DNA from: Syntrophales bacterium
Lineage (GTDB): Bacteria; Desulfobacterota; Syntrophia; Syntrophales; UBA6807
Length of the DNA stretch: 64,000 bases
Assembly (NCBI GenBank): GCA_040767195.1
Contig: JAXGPA010000003.1
Coordinates: 192,001-256,000 of the forward strand
Reading direction: 5' to 3'
This document shows, piece after piece, positions 18,981-28,980 of the stretch. Every line of letters starts with the position of its first letter. The stretch's first letter is position 1. The position numbers and the translations under genes are program-made. The notes beneath the pieces were generated by a model. The model saw only the letters and a list, made by a program, of their open reading frames with translations. It searched no databases and had not been told where the DNA came from.

Positions 18981-21455
18981 ATGACAGAAAAATATGCCGA
19001 AAAGAAAGTGGCCGCGGAAAAATTGAGATGGTCCCTCGACCCAGCCACCCTGCCCTTCGAAACGACGGACATGATCGAACCGCTGCAGGAGATCATCGGC
19101 CAGGACCGGGGCGTCGAAGCGCTCCGCTTCGGAATCGGCATGAACAAGGAGGGTTACAACGTCTTCGTCACCGGCACCGCCGGATCGGGCCGTCTCTCCA
19201 CGGCGAAAAAGATCCTCGAGGAACTCGTGTCCAAAATGAAGCGGATCCCCGACGATCTCTGCTACGTCAACAATTTCAAAAACACGGAAGCCCCCATCCT
19301 TCTCGATTTCCCGGCGGGACAGGGGAGCCGTTTCAAAAAGGACGTTCACGAGTACCTGGAAACCCTGAAGAGAGAAATCCCCCGGTTTTTTGAAAGCGAG
19401 GATTACCTGAACCGCAAAAAGGAAGTCATGCAGGAATACGAGAACAAGAGCAAAGGGTTTTTCAAGGAACTGGACCGGAAAGTGCGCGAGGAGGGGTTCG
19501 CCCTTGTCGACGTCCAGGTGGGTCAGCTGACCCGCCCCGACGTGGTTCCCCTGATCGACGGCAACCCGACCCACCTGGATCAGATCGAACAGATGGTCGA
19601 GAAAGGTCGTTTCCCCAAGGAGGAATTCGAGGAATTGACGAAAAAGCAGGGGCGGCTCAAGGAGGAAATCAACCAGATCTTCAGGGAGATCCGCGTTCTT
19701 CAGAAGGAAATCCAGGAAAACGTGGAAAAGATGGACCGATACATGTTTCTCAAGGTGGCGGCGGAACTTCTGGCGCCTCTCCGGGAAACCTTTCCCGGTC
19801 CCAAGGTAAAGGCCTGGTTCGACGACTTGACGGAGGAGATGGCGGAGAATCTTCAGGCCTTCATGCCCCGCCCCCAGCAGGTACCCGGTCTTCCCTTTCT
19901 CATCCAGGAAGGGGATCCGCTTCAGCCCTACCGGGTCAACCTGCTCGTCGACAACAGCCACCTGGAAAAACCACCGGTCATCATCGAGTCTTTTCCCACC
20001 TATCGGAATCTTTTCGGCAGCATTGAAAGAGTCCTCGACAGAAGCGGCGTGTGGCGCACCGATTACAGCAGGATCAAGGTTGGGTCTCTCGTCCGCGCCA
20101 ACGGGGGATTTCTCGTGCTGAACCTTCTTGACGCCATCATGGAACCCGGTGTCTGGTCCGCCCTGAAACGCTCTTTGAAAACGAAAAAGATGGAGATCCA
20201 GACATACGATCCCTTCTACATGTTCACCACGACGGGACTGAAGCCCGAACCCATCGACATGGATGTGAAGGTGATCGTCATCTCCGACGCCCATCTCTAT
20301 TATCTTCTTTATGCCTATGACGAGGACGTGAAGAAAATTTTCAAGGTCCGGGCCGATTTCGACACGGCCATGGACAGAACGGAAACGTCCATCCATCAGT
20401 TCAGCGCCTTTCTCCGGTCGAAAACGGCCGAGGAAGGCCTGCGCTCCCTCGACCGCACGGCCGTGGCCGCCGTGGCGGAGCAGGCCGTTCGAATGACGGG
20501 AAGACAGGAAAAAATTTCCACGAGCTTCCCTGCCATAACGGACCTTCTTCGCGAGGCCGATTACTGGGCCGGACAGGCCAATGAACCGGTCGTCCAGTCG
20601 GGCCACGTCGACCGGGCCGTCGAATCGAAAATCTACCGATCCAACCGCGTGGAGAAACACATCCAGGAGATGATCGACCGGGGGACGCTTCTCATCGACG
20701 TCCGGGACAGTGTCGTCGGCCAGGTCAACGGGCTGGCCGTGTTCAACATGGGTGACTTCACCTTCGGCAAACCGTCCCGGATCACCGCCACCACGTCCAT
20801 GGGACGGGCGGGGATCATCAACATCGAGCGGGAGGCCGATCTTTCCGGGAACACGCACAACAAGGGAGTTCTCATTCTCGGAGGGTACCTGAGAAATCGC
20901 TATGCCCAGGACAAGCCACTGACCATCAGCGCCAGCATCGCCTTCGAACAGTCTTACAGCGGGGTCGACGGTGACAGCGCGTCGTCCACGGAAGTCTACG
21001 CCCTCCTGTCGAGCCTGTCCGGTGTTCCCCTCCGCCAGGACATCGCCGTCACCGGTTCCATCAACCAGAAAGGCGAAATTCAGGCCATCGGCGGCGTTAA
21101 CGAAAAAGTGGAGGGGTTTTTCGACTGCTGCCGCCACCTGGGATACACGGGGAAACAGGGCGTTTTGATCCCCGAAAGCAACGTCCGTGACCTGATGCTT
21201 CGAAAGGATGTGGTAAAAGCGGTGGAAGACGGGACCTTCCACATTTACGCCGTCGGGACCGTCGACGAGGGCATGGAGATTCTCACGGGCCTTGAAGCGG
21301 GGCGTAAAGGGTCGGATGGGACCTATCCCGAGGGAACCATCAACGGGCGCGTGGATCAGAAACTCAGGGAACTGGGGGAAGGACTTCGTAAACTGGGGGA
21401 ACCCCCGGAAGAGGAAGGCCGGAAGAGCCGATCTCGAAAAAAGAAGGAAACGTAA
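18981..21455 (+). CDS. Lon-like protease (LonB/LonC type, AAA-like plus S16 domain)
   Basis: IIGQDRG, ANGGFLVL, FEQSYSGVDGDSAS (catalytic Ser), IGGVNEKVEGFF (Lys). Confidence 0.9.
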   Translation: MTEKYAEKKVAAEKLRWSLDPATLPFETTDMIEPLQEIIGQDRGVEALRFGIGMNKEGYNVFVTGTAGSGRLSTAKKILEELVSKMKRIPDDLCYVNNFKNTEAPILLDFPAGQGSRFKKDVHEYLETLKREIPRFFESEDYLNRKKEVMQEYENKSKGFFKELDRKVREEGFALVDVQVGQLTRPDVVPLIDGNPTHLDQIEQMVEKGRFPKEEFEELTKKQGRLKEEINQIFREIRVLQKEIQENVEKMDRYMFLKVAAELLAPLRETFPGPKVKAWFDDLTEEMAENLQAFMPRPQQVPGLPFLIQEGDPLQPYRVNLLVDNSHLEKPPVIIESFPTYRNLFGSIERVLDRSGVWRTDYSRIKVGSLVRANGGFLVLNLLDAIMEPGVWSALKRSLKTKKMEIQTYDPFYMFTTTGLKPEPIDMDVKVIVISDAHLYYLLYAYDEDVKKIFKVRADFDTAMDRTETSIHQFSAFLRSKTAEEGLRSLDRTAVAAVAEQAVRMTGRQEKISTSFPAITDLLREADYWAGQANEPVVQSGHVDRAVESKIYRSNRVEKHIQEMIDRGTLLIDVRDSVVGQVNGLAVFNMGDFTFGKPSRITATTSMGRAGIINIEREADLSGNTHNKGVLILGGYLRNRYAQDKPLTISASIAFEQSYSGVDGDSASSTEVYALLSSLSGVPLRQDIAVTGSINQKGEIQAIGGVNEKVEGFFDCCRHLGYTGKQGVLIPESNVRDLMLRKDVVKAVEDGTFHIYAVGTVDEGMEILTGLEAGRKGSDGTYPEGTINGRVDQKLRELGEGLRKLGEPPEEEGRKSRSRKKKET

Positions 21456-21464
21456 AGGTGCCAC

Positions 21465-21671
21465 ATGAATGAAAAAACAAAAAAGGGCCCTGCCCCTGCC
21501 GTGGCGTTTTCCGGCACGGGAAAGGACGAAGATAAAATTGAAGACGAAAACGTCCGGATCATGGCGTGGATCCTGAGAGACCTCGAGGAAGCGCGACGGT
21601 TCAACAAGGAATGCGACGGAAAGAACGGGGAGACCGCCGGTCCTCGGTACTTCTTCAATGTCTTCATCTAA
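21465..21671 (+). CDS. Small hypothetical protein (68 aa)
   Basis: AAGGTG RBS; fills the gap between protease and PAS regulator; same frame as the downstream gene. Confidence 0.4.
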   Translation: MNEKTKKGPAPAVAFSGTGKDEDKIEDENVRIMAWILRDLEEARRFNKECDGKNGETAGPRYFFNVFI

Positions 21672-21695
21672 ACCCCGCTGGCAGGAGAAAAATCG

Positions 21696-24095
21696 GTGAA
21701 AACCTTCGTCACGATCCTGGATCACATGAAGGACGGCTACTTCGAGGTGGACCCGTCGGGGAATATCCACGCCTTCAACACCGCCCTTTGCGAAATAGTG
21801 GGATATGCCGGGGAGGAACTCCTGGGAATGAACATCCGCCGGGTGACCCCGCCCGAGACGACCCGACTGATCCGTCAATACTTTCGTGAAACGATTCTCT
21901 CGGGATCCCCCCCCGCCATGATGGACTTCGACATCATCCGCAAGGACGGGGCGGTGCGGACGGTGGAACTGACCGTTCATCCCGTGGTGAACGAAAAAAA
22001 CGAGCTCGTTTCTTTTCGAGGCCTGGTCCGGGATGTGACGAACCGGAGAAAGGCGGAAGAGGCGCTGAAAAAATCGGAACAGCGCTACCGGACGATCTTC
22101 GAAACCGCCGGGACGGGAATGGCCATCATCGAGGAAGACACGACCGTTTCCATGATCAACCAGGAATTCGAGCGCCTGACGGGATTCGATAAAAACGACA
22201 TCCTCGGAAGGCCGTGGACGGAGTTCGTCGTCTCCCGCGACCTCGAGAGAATGAAGACCTATCACTATTTGAGACGGAGCCACCCGGAAGCGGCTCCAAG
22301 AAGATACGAGCTTTCCCTGGCCGACCGGAACGGCGGGGAAAAGGAAATGATCGCCATGGTGGATCTCATTCCCGGGACGGGCCAGAGCGTGGCGTCTTTT
22401 TTCGACGTGTCCCCCCTCAAGCGGTTGAATCGGGCCCTCGAGGAAAGCGAGAAAAAATACCGTCTCCTCGCGGACAACGTGAACGATGTCATCTGGACTC
22501 TCGATAGAAACCTGATCTACCGTTATGTCAGCCCGTCCGTGGAAAGGATCCGCGGCTACCGGGTGGATGAAATGCTGAATCAGCCTCTTCGGAATTTCCT
22601 CGCCCCCGGTTCCATCGAGACGGGCGAGGCTTTTTTCCACGAGGAAATCGACAGGCAGAGCCCTGACCGGGATATCCGCTACCGGGAACGAAACCTGGAA
22701 GTGGAGGTGACCCGAAAGGACGGCTCCACCATGTGGGTGGAAGTCAAGGTAACCGCCCTCCTTGACGATGAAGGCTTCCCCCGGGAATTTCTGGGAGTGA
22801 CCCGGGACATCACGGAACGCCGCCAGGCCGAACAGGCCCTCCGGGAAAGCGAGGACCGCTACCGGGCTATCGTTCAGGACCAGATGGAACTGGTCAGCCG
22901 ATGGCGTCCCGACACGACGCTTACCTTCGTCAACGACGCCTACTGCCGCTATTTCGGCGAAACGCGGGAAACCCTGCTGGGACAGAGCTTCCTCCACCAC
23001 CTTCCCGATGAGGACCGGGAAAGGTTCGAGCGTCACGCGGCGATTCTCGGCCCCGACAACGTTGTGGAAACCATCGAACACAGGATCATCGACGGGAACG
23101 GCCAAACCCGCTGGCTCCAGTGGACGGACCGGGCCATCGTGGACCGGGCGGGAAAAATCACGGAGATCCAGTCCGTGGGCCGGGACATCACGGAAAGACA
23201 GAAAACGGAAGAAGCCCTGAGAAAATCGGAGCGTCTCCTCGCCGACATCATCAACTTCCTTCCTGACGCCACGCTGGCCATCGACCTGAACGGTAAAGTC
23301 ATTTCCTGGAATCGCGCCATGGAGGAGATGACGGGGGTACCCGCCTCTGACATGCTGGGAAAGGATGACTATGAATACGCCCTGCCCTTTTACGGCCACC
23401 GCAGACCCATGCTTATCGATCTCGTCCTGAAAGAGGACCGGGAAATCGAAAAAAACTACACGTTTCTGCACCGGGAGAAGGACGTTCTCGTCGTCGAGAC
23501 GAATACCCCCTTCATGAAGGGCGCGAATCGCGTCATGTGGGGAAAAGCGAGTCCCATTTATGACGAGGACGGCCATATTGTGGGCGCCATCGAATCCATC
23601 CGGGACATCACGGAAAGGAAGGAAATGGAAGAGGCGCTCAAAAAGCGGGAAAGGGAACTGGAAAACAAATCCCGGTATCTGGAGGAGGCCAATACGGCCA
23701 TGAACGTGCTTCTCAAGCACATCGAAAAAGACAAGGAAGAGATCCAGGAAAACATGCTTGTCAACATGCGGAAGCTTCTTTTGCCCTATGTCGAAAAGAT
23801 CCGCCGGTGTTCCCTGTTACCGGAGCAGGAGGCCTACATCGACATCCTCCAGTCCAACATGGAAAACATCGCTTCCCCTTTTCTGCGGAACATGACCGTG
23901 CGCCATTACAATCTCACGCCGAGAGAAATCGAGGTGGCCCACCTCATCAAAGAGGGAAAGACGACAAAGGAAATTGCCGCCATGCTGAATCTTTCCTCGC
24001 GCTCCGTGGATTTTCACCGGCTGAACATCCGCCGGAAACTGGGGTTTTCCGATCGCCGGAAAAACCTGCGTTCCACGCTCCTTTCCCTCTCCTGA
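21696..24095 (+). CDS. Multi-PAS sensor with C-terminal LuxR-type HTH
   Basis: About five PAS/PAC units (four ending in RDVT/RDIT motifs), then LTPREIEVAHLIKEGKTTKEIA...HRLNIRRKLG; GGAG RBS before GTG. Confidence 0.9.
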   Translation: MKTFVTILDHMKDGYFEVDPSGNIHAFNTALCEIVGYAGEELLGMNIRRVTPPETTRLIRQYFRETILSGSPPAMMDFDIIRKDGAVRTVELTVHPVVNEKNELVSFRGLVRDVTNRRKAEEALKKSEQRYRTIFETAGTGMAIIEEDTTVSMINQEFERLTGFDKNDILGRPWTEFVVSRDLERMKTYHYLRRSHPEAAPRRYELSLADRNGGEKEMIAMVDLIPGTGQSVASFFDVSPLKRLNRALEESEKKYRLLADNVNDVIWTLDRNLIYRYVSPSVERIRGYRVDEMLNQPLRNFLAPGSIETGEAFFHEEIDRQSPDRDIRYRERNLEVEVTRKDGSTMWVEVKVTALLDDEGFPREFLGVTRDITERRQAEQALRESEDRYRAIVQDQMELVSRWRPDTTLTFVNDAYCRYFGETRETLLGQSFLHHLPDEDRERFERHAAILGPDNVVETIEHRIIDGNGQTRWLQWTDRAIVDRAGKITEIQSVGRDITERQKTEEALRKSERLLADIINFLPDATLAIDLNGKVISWNRAMEEMTGVPASDMLGKDDYEYALPFYGHRRPMLIDLVLKEDREIEKNYTFLHREKDVLVVETNTPFMKGANRVMWGKASPIYDEDGHIVGAIESIRDITERKEMEEALKKRERELENKSRYLEEANTAMNVLLKHIEKDKEEIQENMLVNMRKLLLPYVEKIRRCSLLPEQEAYIDILQSNMENIASPFLRNMTVRHYNLTPREIEVAHLIKEGKTTKEIAAMLNLSSRSVDFHRLNIRRKLGFSDRRKNLRSTLLSLS

Positions 24096-24193
24096 TACTG
24101 GCATATCACTAGTATATGTTAAGTAATCAATTCGTATTGCATCGCCGGTGAAACCATTTTATACAGAAGCATCTCAACGAGGAGTCAGAATTC

Positions 24194-24397
24194 ATGCAGG
24201 AAGGCCGGGTAAAATGGTTCAACGACCGCAAGGGATATGGTTTCATCGAGATTGAAGATCAGGATGGAGACATTTTCGTCCACTACAACGCCATACAGAT
24301 GGAAGGCTACAAAAGCCTGAAGGGCGGTCAGCGGGTCGTCTTTGAAATGACCGAAGGCAAAAAAGGGCTCATGGCTCTGAACGTGCAGCCCCTGTAG
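24194..24397 (+). CDS. Cold-shock protein
   Basis: [15 protein letters not shown] (RNP1), DIFVHY (RNP2); GAGGAG RBS. Confidence 0.93.
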   Translation: MQEGRVKWFNDRKGYGFIEIEDQDGDIFVHYNAIQMEGYKSLKGGQRVVFEMTEGKKGLMALNVQPL

Positions 24398-24418
24398 GAC
24401 AATCGGGGAAAAGGAGGG

Positions 24419-24452
24419 GAGGCATCCCGGGTTTCCGGGATGCCTCTTTCCC
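24419..24452 (+). terminator. Stem-loop terminator after cold-shock gene
   Basis: GAGGCATCCCGG-GTTT-CCGGGATGCCTC perfect 12-bp stem; short T tract. Confidence 0.6.
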
Positions 24453-24754
24453 GAAATCTTCGGGTTTTCTTTCCCCCTGCATATAACGGCCTATCTTCCT
24501 TCCAATCCTATTTCAGGGGCGGGTGTCACCGTCGGTATACCCGCCCCGTCCACTCACCCTTTATCAAACCTTCGCCCTTGTCCTCCCGCCTGTCCGGTGT
24601 TATTAAATACGGAGGGGTTTCGAAAAATCCGCGGGCGTTTTTCTCTTTCCCGACATGGGGGCGGCAACGTCCCGAAACGCGGGATGGGGATAGCCGGCCC
24701 TGTGTGAATTTGCCAACATCCTTTTTGAGAAACGGCGGGGGCTCAACGAATTTC

Positions 24755-25588
24755 ATGTCCCTGGAGAGCGGCACGAAAATAAACGTTACCGGGAAACGGC
24801 GCCGGGGGAGAAAAAGGTCCCTTTCCCCGTCCGATCTCTTGATGCTTGTCCTTTTCTGTTCCTTTTCAGCCTGGATCCTCTTGGAAGGAACAAGGGGACT
24901 GGGATACCACTGGCAGTGGTACCGGATTCCCCGGTACCTGCTCTTTTACGACAACAACGCGTGGCACCTCGGCCCCCTTCTTCAGGGCCTCGTCGTCACG
25001 CTTCAAATTTCTTCGGTCAGCCTTTTCGTGGCCCTTGCCATCGGGCTTCTCACCGCCCTTTTCCGCCTTTCCGATTCAGTCATGGCCCGGGCGGCAGCCC
25101 GTTTCTACCTCGAGATCATCCGCAACACGCCCCTTCTCATCCAGCTTTTTTTCATCTATTTCGTCATCTCGCCCATCCTGGGGTGGTCCGCCTTTTTTTC
25201 CGCCGTTCTCGCTCTCAGCCTTTTCGAAGGCGCCTATGCGTCGGAAATGATCCGCGCAGGCATCCTTTCCGTCCCCCGGGGACAGTGGGAGGCCTCCCGC
25301 AGCCTCGGCATCGGCACATACCAGACCTACGTGAGGGTCGTTCTCCCCCAGGCCGTCAGGAAGGTTCTTCCCCCCCTCACGGGGCAGGCCGTTTCCCTGG
25401 TCAAGGACTCGGCCCTGGTGAGCACCATCGCCATATACGACCTGACCATGGAAGCCCAGGCCATCGTCGCCGAAACCTTCCTGACCTTCGAAATATGGTT
25501 TACCGCGGCGGCCATCTACCTTTTCATGACTCTTGGGCTGTCCTTTTTCGCCCGTTTTCTCGAACGCCGGTTCAGGCTGGATTATTGA
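24755..25588 (+). CDS. Polar amino-acid ABC transporter permease
   Basis: YLEIIRNTPLLIQLF, EMIRAGILSVPRGQWEASRSLG, LVKDSAL. Confidence 0.9.
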   Translation: MSLESGTKINVTGKRRRGRKRSLSPSDLLMLVLFCSFSAWILLEGTRGLGYHWQWYRIPRYLLFYDNNAWHLGPLLQGLVVTLQISSVSLFVALAIGLLTALFRLSDSVMARAAARFYLEIIRNTPLLIQLFFIYFVISPILGWSAFFSAVLALSLFEGAYASEMIRAGILSVPRGQWEASRSLGIGTYQTYVRVVLPQAVRKVLPPLTGQAVSLVKDSALVSTIAIYDLTMEAQAIVAETFLTFEIWFTAAAIYLFMTLGLSFFARFLERRFRLDY

Positions 25589-25684
25589 CAAGAATAAAAA
25601 GCCCGGTCCATCGTGAAGGAAAAAGGACGGGGCAAAGAAATAAAAAAGATGAAACGGAAACCACGCCAGAGGAGGGGTTAGAAC

Positions 25685-26515
25685 ATGAAAACACGACATT
25701 ATGTCATTGCCGTGGCCCTTGTTGCCCTGATGATTCTCCAGGCCTGGCCCGCCGGGGCCCAAAAAGTCCGGGAGGAACTGGTCAGGGAAAGCACGGTGGA
25801 GCAAGTCCTGAAAAGAGGGGTTCTCAGGGTCGGCCTGTCCACCTTTTTGCCCTGGGCCATGCGTGACAAAAAGGGGAACCTCATCGGTTTTGAAGTCGAC
25901 GTGGCCCGCCGTCTCGCCGATGACATGGGGGTCAAGGTGGAGTTTGTCCCCACCAAGTGGTCGGGCATCATTCCGGCCCTTCTGACAGGCAAATTCGATG
26001 TCATCATCGGGGGCATGGGTATTCGCCCGGACCGGAACCTGAAAGTCAACTTTTCCATACCCTATGATTACGCCGGCATGTCACTGGTCGCCCACCGGGA
26101 ACGGGCGGCGGGCTTCAGCAGGCTGGAGGATTTCAACAGGCCGGATGTACACATCGCCGCGCGGATCGGGACAACGGCGGTGACGGCGATCAAAAAACAC
26201 CTTCCCCTGGCGGGGCTCCGGCTTTTCGATGATGAATCCCAGGCGGTCCAGGAACTTCTCAACGGGCGGGTACACGCCATGGTCTCCCAGGCTCCCCTGC
26301 CCGCTTTCCAGGCCATTCGGAATCCCGACCGGCTCTTTCTCCCCCTGAAGGGGAACTTCACGAGAGAGCCCAACGGTTTTGCCGTGAGAAAAGGGGACGT
26401 GGACACGCTCAACTTTTTCGACAACTGGATCCGTGTCGTTGAAGCGGAGGGATGGATCGAGGAAAAACGGCACTACTGGTTCGAGACCCGGGACTGGGAA
26501 CCCCTGATTCAATAA
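25685..26515 (+). CDS. Polar amino-acid ABC transporter substrate-binding protein
   Basis: Signal peptide; GFEVDVAR, WSGIIPALLTGKFDVIIGGM, VNFSIPY. Confidence 0.92.
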   Translation: MKTRHYVIAVALVALMILQAWPAGAQKVREELVRESTVEQVLKRGVLRVGLSTFLPWAMRDKKGNLIGFEVDVARRLADDMGVKVEFVPTKWSGIIPALLTGKFDVIIGGMGIRPDRNLKVNFSIPYDYAGMSLVAHRERAAGFSRLEDFNRPDVHIAARIGTTAVTAIKKHLPLAGLRLFDDESQAVQELLNGRVHAMVSQAPLPAFQAIRNPDRLFLPLKGNFTREPNGFAVRKGDVDTLNFFDNWIRVVEAEGWIEEKRHYWFETRDWEPLIQ

Positions 26516-26540
26516 ATTTACTCCCGGAAAAGGACGAGCC

Positions 26541-27449
26541 GTGACAAAAAGACGAATCAGGATCGGTCTCCTCGACGGCATCATCCTGGCCGGTGTCGTC
26601 CTTGCCGCTTGTTATCTGTTCTTCAAGGTGCGGACGGGGATGGCCTACCACTGGAACTGGTCGGTCATCCCTCAATACCTTTTCCGTTACGACGCGGACC
26701 GGGAGCGGTGGGTGGCCAACCTTCTCATGGAGGGGTTCTTCACCACCCTGCGCCTGAGCGTCTGGGTCATGATCCTCGGAACGCTCCTGGGAACGATCAT
26801 GGGGCTTTTACGAGTGGCTCCGGGGCTCTTCGGGCGGTTTGTCGCAACAACCTACGTGGAGCTCCTTCGGAACATGCCCCCTCTCGTTCTCGTGTTCATT
26901 TTCTATTTCTTCATCGGGGACCGGATCTTCACCGCCCTCGGCACGGATGAATTCATCCGAAGCGTCTCGGAAGGCACGGGGGAAATCGTCGGGTTCCTTT
27001 TCGCCCCCCCGGCCCGGTTCTCCGCCTTCGTTTCCGGAATCATCACCCTCGTTCTCTACGAAGGGGCCTACATCACCGAAATCGTCCGGGGAGGGATTGA
27101 GTCGGTCGAGAAGGGGCAGCAGGAGGCCGCTGACGCCCTCGGGTTTTCCTGGGGCCAAAAAATGCGCCACATCATCCTGCCCCAGGCCTTTCAGAGAATT
27201 CTCCCGCCTCTTGCCGGTCAGCTTATTTCCGTCATCAAGGACTCGGCCATCCTGTCCGTCATATCCATCCAGGAACTGACCTTCCAGGGTCTCGAACTCA
27301 TGGCCGCCACGTACCGCACCTTTGAGGTCTGGATCACCATAACGGCCCTTTATTTCCTCCTGACCTTTTCCTGTTCTCTCCTGGTGAGACGGCTGGAGCT
27401 TCGGGTGAACCGCGGCGGCACCGTCTCAGGCGGCATTCTTCGGCATTAA
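26541..27449 (+). CDS. Polar amino-acid ABC transporter permease
   Basis: YVELLRNMPPLV, EIVRGGIESVEKGQQEAADALG, IKDSAI. Confidence 0.9.
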   Translation: MTKRRIRIGLLDGIILAGVVLAACYLFFKVRTGMAYHWNWSVIPQYLFRYDADRERWVANLLMEGFFTTLRLSVWVMILGTLLGTIMGLLRVAPGLFGRFVATTYVELLRNMPPLVLVFIFYFFIGDRIFTALGTDEFIRSVSEGTGEIVGFLFAPPARFSAFVSGIITLVLYEGAYITEIVRGGIESVEKGQQEAADALGFSWGQKMRHIILPQAFQRILPPLAGQLISVIKDSAILSVISIQELTFQGLELMAATYRTFEVWITITALYFLLTFSCSLLVRRLELRVNRGGTVSGGILRH

Positions 27450-27458
27450 CGAAGAAAA

Positions 27459-27743
27459 TCAGACGAACGTTATTTCCAGTCCTGGAAATTCTTGCCCGAA
27501 TTCCTTTTCCATATTTTTAAGGATCGTCGCCGACAGGGCCATGGCAATGCCCGCGCAGGTCACGCAGCCGGGCCTGTGGCTTCCGAAATCCGTAAAAACG
27601 TACAAGACCCCGGGGTCGGCGCTGTAACGGACTTTCTTCACGATCCCCAGCTGCGCCACGGACAGCCCGCTCTCGGGATCCTTCACCCTCTCCAGAACCG
27701 CTTCGATCCGGGCGATCATGCCCGCTTCCATGGACTCTTTCAA
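27459..27743 (-). CDS. DUF59/SufT-like Fe-S assembly domain protein
   Basis: VLERVKDPESGLSVAQLGIV motif, then PGCVTC; GGAGG RBS. Confidence 0.7.
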   Translation of the reverse strand: MKESMEAGMIARIEAVLERVKDPESGLSVAQLGIVKKVRYSADPGVLYVFTDFGSHRPGCVTCAGIAMALSATILKNMEKEFGQEFPGLEITFV

Positions 27744-27782
27744 GGTGTGGACCTCCCTTTCTTACGTTTTGAGCCCGACCTT

Positions 27783-28892
27783 TCAGATCTCCCAGGGCAG
27801 GCCGGGCCTTCCGAAGTGACCGTAATTCGTCGTCATCCGGTAAATGGGCTTCATGAGGCCCAGCGACGTGATCATATGGGCGGGCCGGAAGTTGAAGGTT
27901 CTCACGAAAGCCTCGGCCCGGCCGTTGTCCCCCGTCCCGAAGGTGTCCACTTTCACGGAAACCGGGTCGGCCATTCCGATGGCATAGGCCACCTGGATTT
28001 CCAGGCGCTCCGCCAGCCCCTCCCGGACCACCTGCCGGGCCACATACCGGCAGTAATAGGCGGCGCTCCGGTCCACCTTGGACGGGTCTTTCCCACTGAA
28101 GGCGCCGCCGCCGTGGTGTGCCGCGCCGCCGTAAGTATCCACGATGATTTTTCGCCCGGTGACCCCGCAGTCCGCCGACGGTCCGCCCACAACGAAGGAC
28201 CCCGTGGGGTTGACGTAAAAACGGATGTTCCCGTCAAACCACCCCCCGAGTATCCGGGGCGCCAAGTCCCGGAGCACGTATTCCCGGATTTCAGCCTGAT
28301 TGACCGCCTGGTCATGATGGGAGGAGATCACCACATCGGTAATCTTTTTGGGTTTTCCGTTCTCATAGAGAACGGAGACCTGGCTCTTCCCGTCGGGCCG
28401 AAGCCACCGTACCCGGCCCGATTTGCGGTCTTCCGCCAGGCCCTCCGCGAGGCGGTGGGCCATGAGGATGGGCAGGGGCATGAGTTCAGGCGTTTCGTTC
28501 GTGGCATAGCCGAACATCATGCCCTGGTCCCCGGCGCCCTGATCGCCGCTTCGGCTCGTCTCCTTGTTGACCCCCAGGGCGATGTCCGGGGACTGGCGGG
28601 AAATGAGGGAGACGATGTTGACCCGGTCCCAGCAGAAAGGCATGGCGGGGTCGGTATACCCCACTTGCCGGATGGCCTCCCTTGCCGTCGCCTGAAAGTC
28701 GACGGGTGTTTTCGTGGTAATCTCACCGGCCAAAACGACCTGGTCCTCCTTGCAGAGGACCTCACAGGCCACCCGGCTGGACGGGTCCCCCGCCAGGCAG
28801 GCATCGAGAATGGAATCGGCGATGAAGTCGCACACCTTGTCGGGATGGCCTTCCGTAACCGATTCGGACGTGAGGATATAGGTATTGTTCAT
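27783..28892 (-). CDS. metK: S-adenosylmethionine synthetase
   Basis: SESVTEGHPDK, GAGDQG, GRKIIVDTYGG, GGAFSGKDPSKVDRS; AAGGAGG RBS. Confidence 0.97.
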   Translation of the reverse strand: MNNTYILTSESVTEGHPDKVCDFIADSILDACLAGDPSSRVACEVLCKEDQVVLAGEITTKTPVDFQATAREAIRQVGYTDPAMPFCWDRVNIVSLISRQSPDIALGVNKETSRSGDQGAGDQGMMFGYATNETPELMPLPILMAHRLAEGLAEDRKSGRVRWLRPDGKSQVSVLYENGKPKKITDVVISSHHDQAVNQAEIREYVLRDLAPRILGGWFDGNIRFYVNPTGSFVVGGPSADCGVTGRKIIVDTYGGAAHHGGGAFSGKDPSKVDRSAAYYCRYVARQVVREGLAERLEIQVAYAIGMADPVSVKVDTFGTGDNGRAEAFVRTFNFRPAHMITSLGLMKPIYRMTTNYGHFGRPGLPWEI

Positions 28893-28927
28893 CAAAACCT
28901 CCTTCTGTGTTTTCGCTCTTCAGGGGC

Positions 28928-28958
28928 AAAAAAAAAGCCCCGTGCCAAAGCACGGGGC
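28928..28958 (-). terminator. Intrinsic terminator in the metK leader
   Basis: Minus strand GCCCCGTGC-TTTG-GCACGGGGC followed by T9. Confidence 0.85.
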
Positions 28959-28980
28959 CGTAACAGGCAGTTCACGGCAG

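Noticed and set aside
18681..23720. 1679-aa minus-strand ORF
   Set aside because: Antisense shadow of hsp20, the Lon-like protease and the PAS regulator; no recognisable motifs; long antisense ORFs are common in GC-rich coding DNA.
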